This document shows positions 63,056 to 64,000 of a DNA stretch of 64,000 bases, one piece after another. This DNA is from Leucoraja ocellata. Its lineage: Eukaryota. Every line of letters begins with the position of its first letter. Position 1 is the stretch's first letter. The stretch is taken from the NCBI GenBank assembly GCA_036785375.1, contig JAWMAR010001182.1, positions 62,001 through 126,000 of the forward strand, written 5' to 3'. Below the pieces are notes generated by a model. The model had not been told where the DNA came from, ran no database searches, and saw only the letters and a list, made by a program, of their open reading frames with translations. The position numbers and the translations under genes were made by a program.

Positions 63056-64000
63056 TTTTCCTTCAAGCCGTCCGCAGTTATGCAGTGCAAAACTTATAGG
63101 AGTCAAAGTGAGAAGTCAAACAGCGCTATATTTATATTCTTAGAAAAAACTGAAGGACTGCGTGCGTTCACCTCCCCGCGGAAATGTATTGTGGACCGTT
63201 GAACAAATAGTTTGCTCCCATGTGATGCAAAGCGATCAAACTCATTATGCGACCGCTCCCTACTCAGGCACCAGCTGAGCACCAACAGAACTAAGGAACT
63301 GTAAAATACGAGTGAACATTCTATTTTTAAATGTTAACGCGTGGCACACAGATGCAGCAAAATTCGTGTCATGTATCATTTATCCACACATGCTACGATG
63401 TAATACAGTATATTACTTGTCGAATTTGCAATGCATTTTCCAGACACCGTGCCCTTCATTTAACATGCACCCATTAATAATTTCATCTTGCATTATCCGT
63501 GTAGCTGCCTTTCAAACGGAAAGATAATCATTTTTTTGGCAGGGTCTAAATGATGTAAACCACAGGGAACCTACTAGACGACATCGTATACAGTTCAGCT
63601 ACAACAGCAGCATTAATGTATTTCAACTGTTGCCACTTCATGAAGTAAAGAATAGGCGAATATAATGTGTAATGTGATAACTGACTGGAAATATACAACG
63701 GCTAGAAATATTCTTGACCAACAGATTATCTTTAAAGAAATGTGTTAATTCATAAAACACAGAGGTGAACAGCATTTGATGTTATTCCAGATATTAGGGA
63801 GAAATCTTCTCAATTCAATGATCCGTTGGAGATATCAAGAATGTTGATGTACAAGATGATTGAATCGGTTAAGGAGAATCTCACCGGCTGTAAATGTTTG
63901 GGGATAGATCATCCTGAAGAAAGTCTTGACCAAAGAAAGAAATGTCATGTTTGCTGCACTCGACCTAAGCAATTCACAGACAAAAACTTCACAGAGCAGT

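Noticed and set aside
1-64000. D, J or C segments
   Set aside because: No nonamer-12-heptamer followed by an FGxG frame, and no C-domain exon, found by eye.

Overview
Eukaryotic (vertebrate) genomic DNA, not prokaryotic. The repeats (CR1 LINEs with 8-nt tails, HE1/V-SINE-like and Penelope-derived repeats) and the genes suggest a cartilaginous fish, probably a skate or ray (inference). The core of the window is a recently amplified ~13-16 kb cassette. It carries (i) a two-exon class A GPCR of the GPR139/GPR142-like type, present in four intact copies (three +, one inverted), and (ii) a T-cell receptor alpha/delta-type V segment on the opposite strand with leader exon, intron and a heptamer-22-nonamer RSS (one intact, one frameshifted). 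The first cassette lacks the V-containing block, and the inverted cassette runs into an assembly gap just before its V would be expected. GPCR paralogs differ mainly in extracellular loops. Each GPCR intron holds a Penelope-type hairpin with a hammerhead-ribozyme-like core. The remainder is nested CR1, Rex1/Babar-like, SINE, Helitron-like and MITE-like repeats, plus three N gaps. All comparisons were made by eye.
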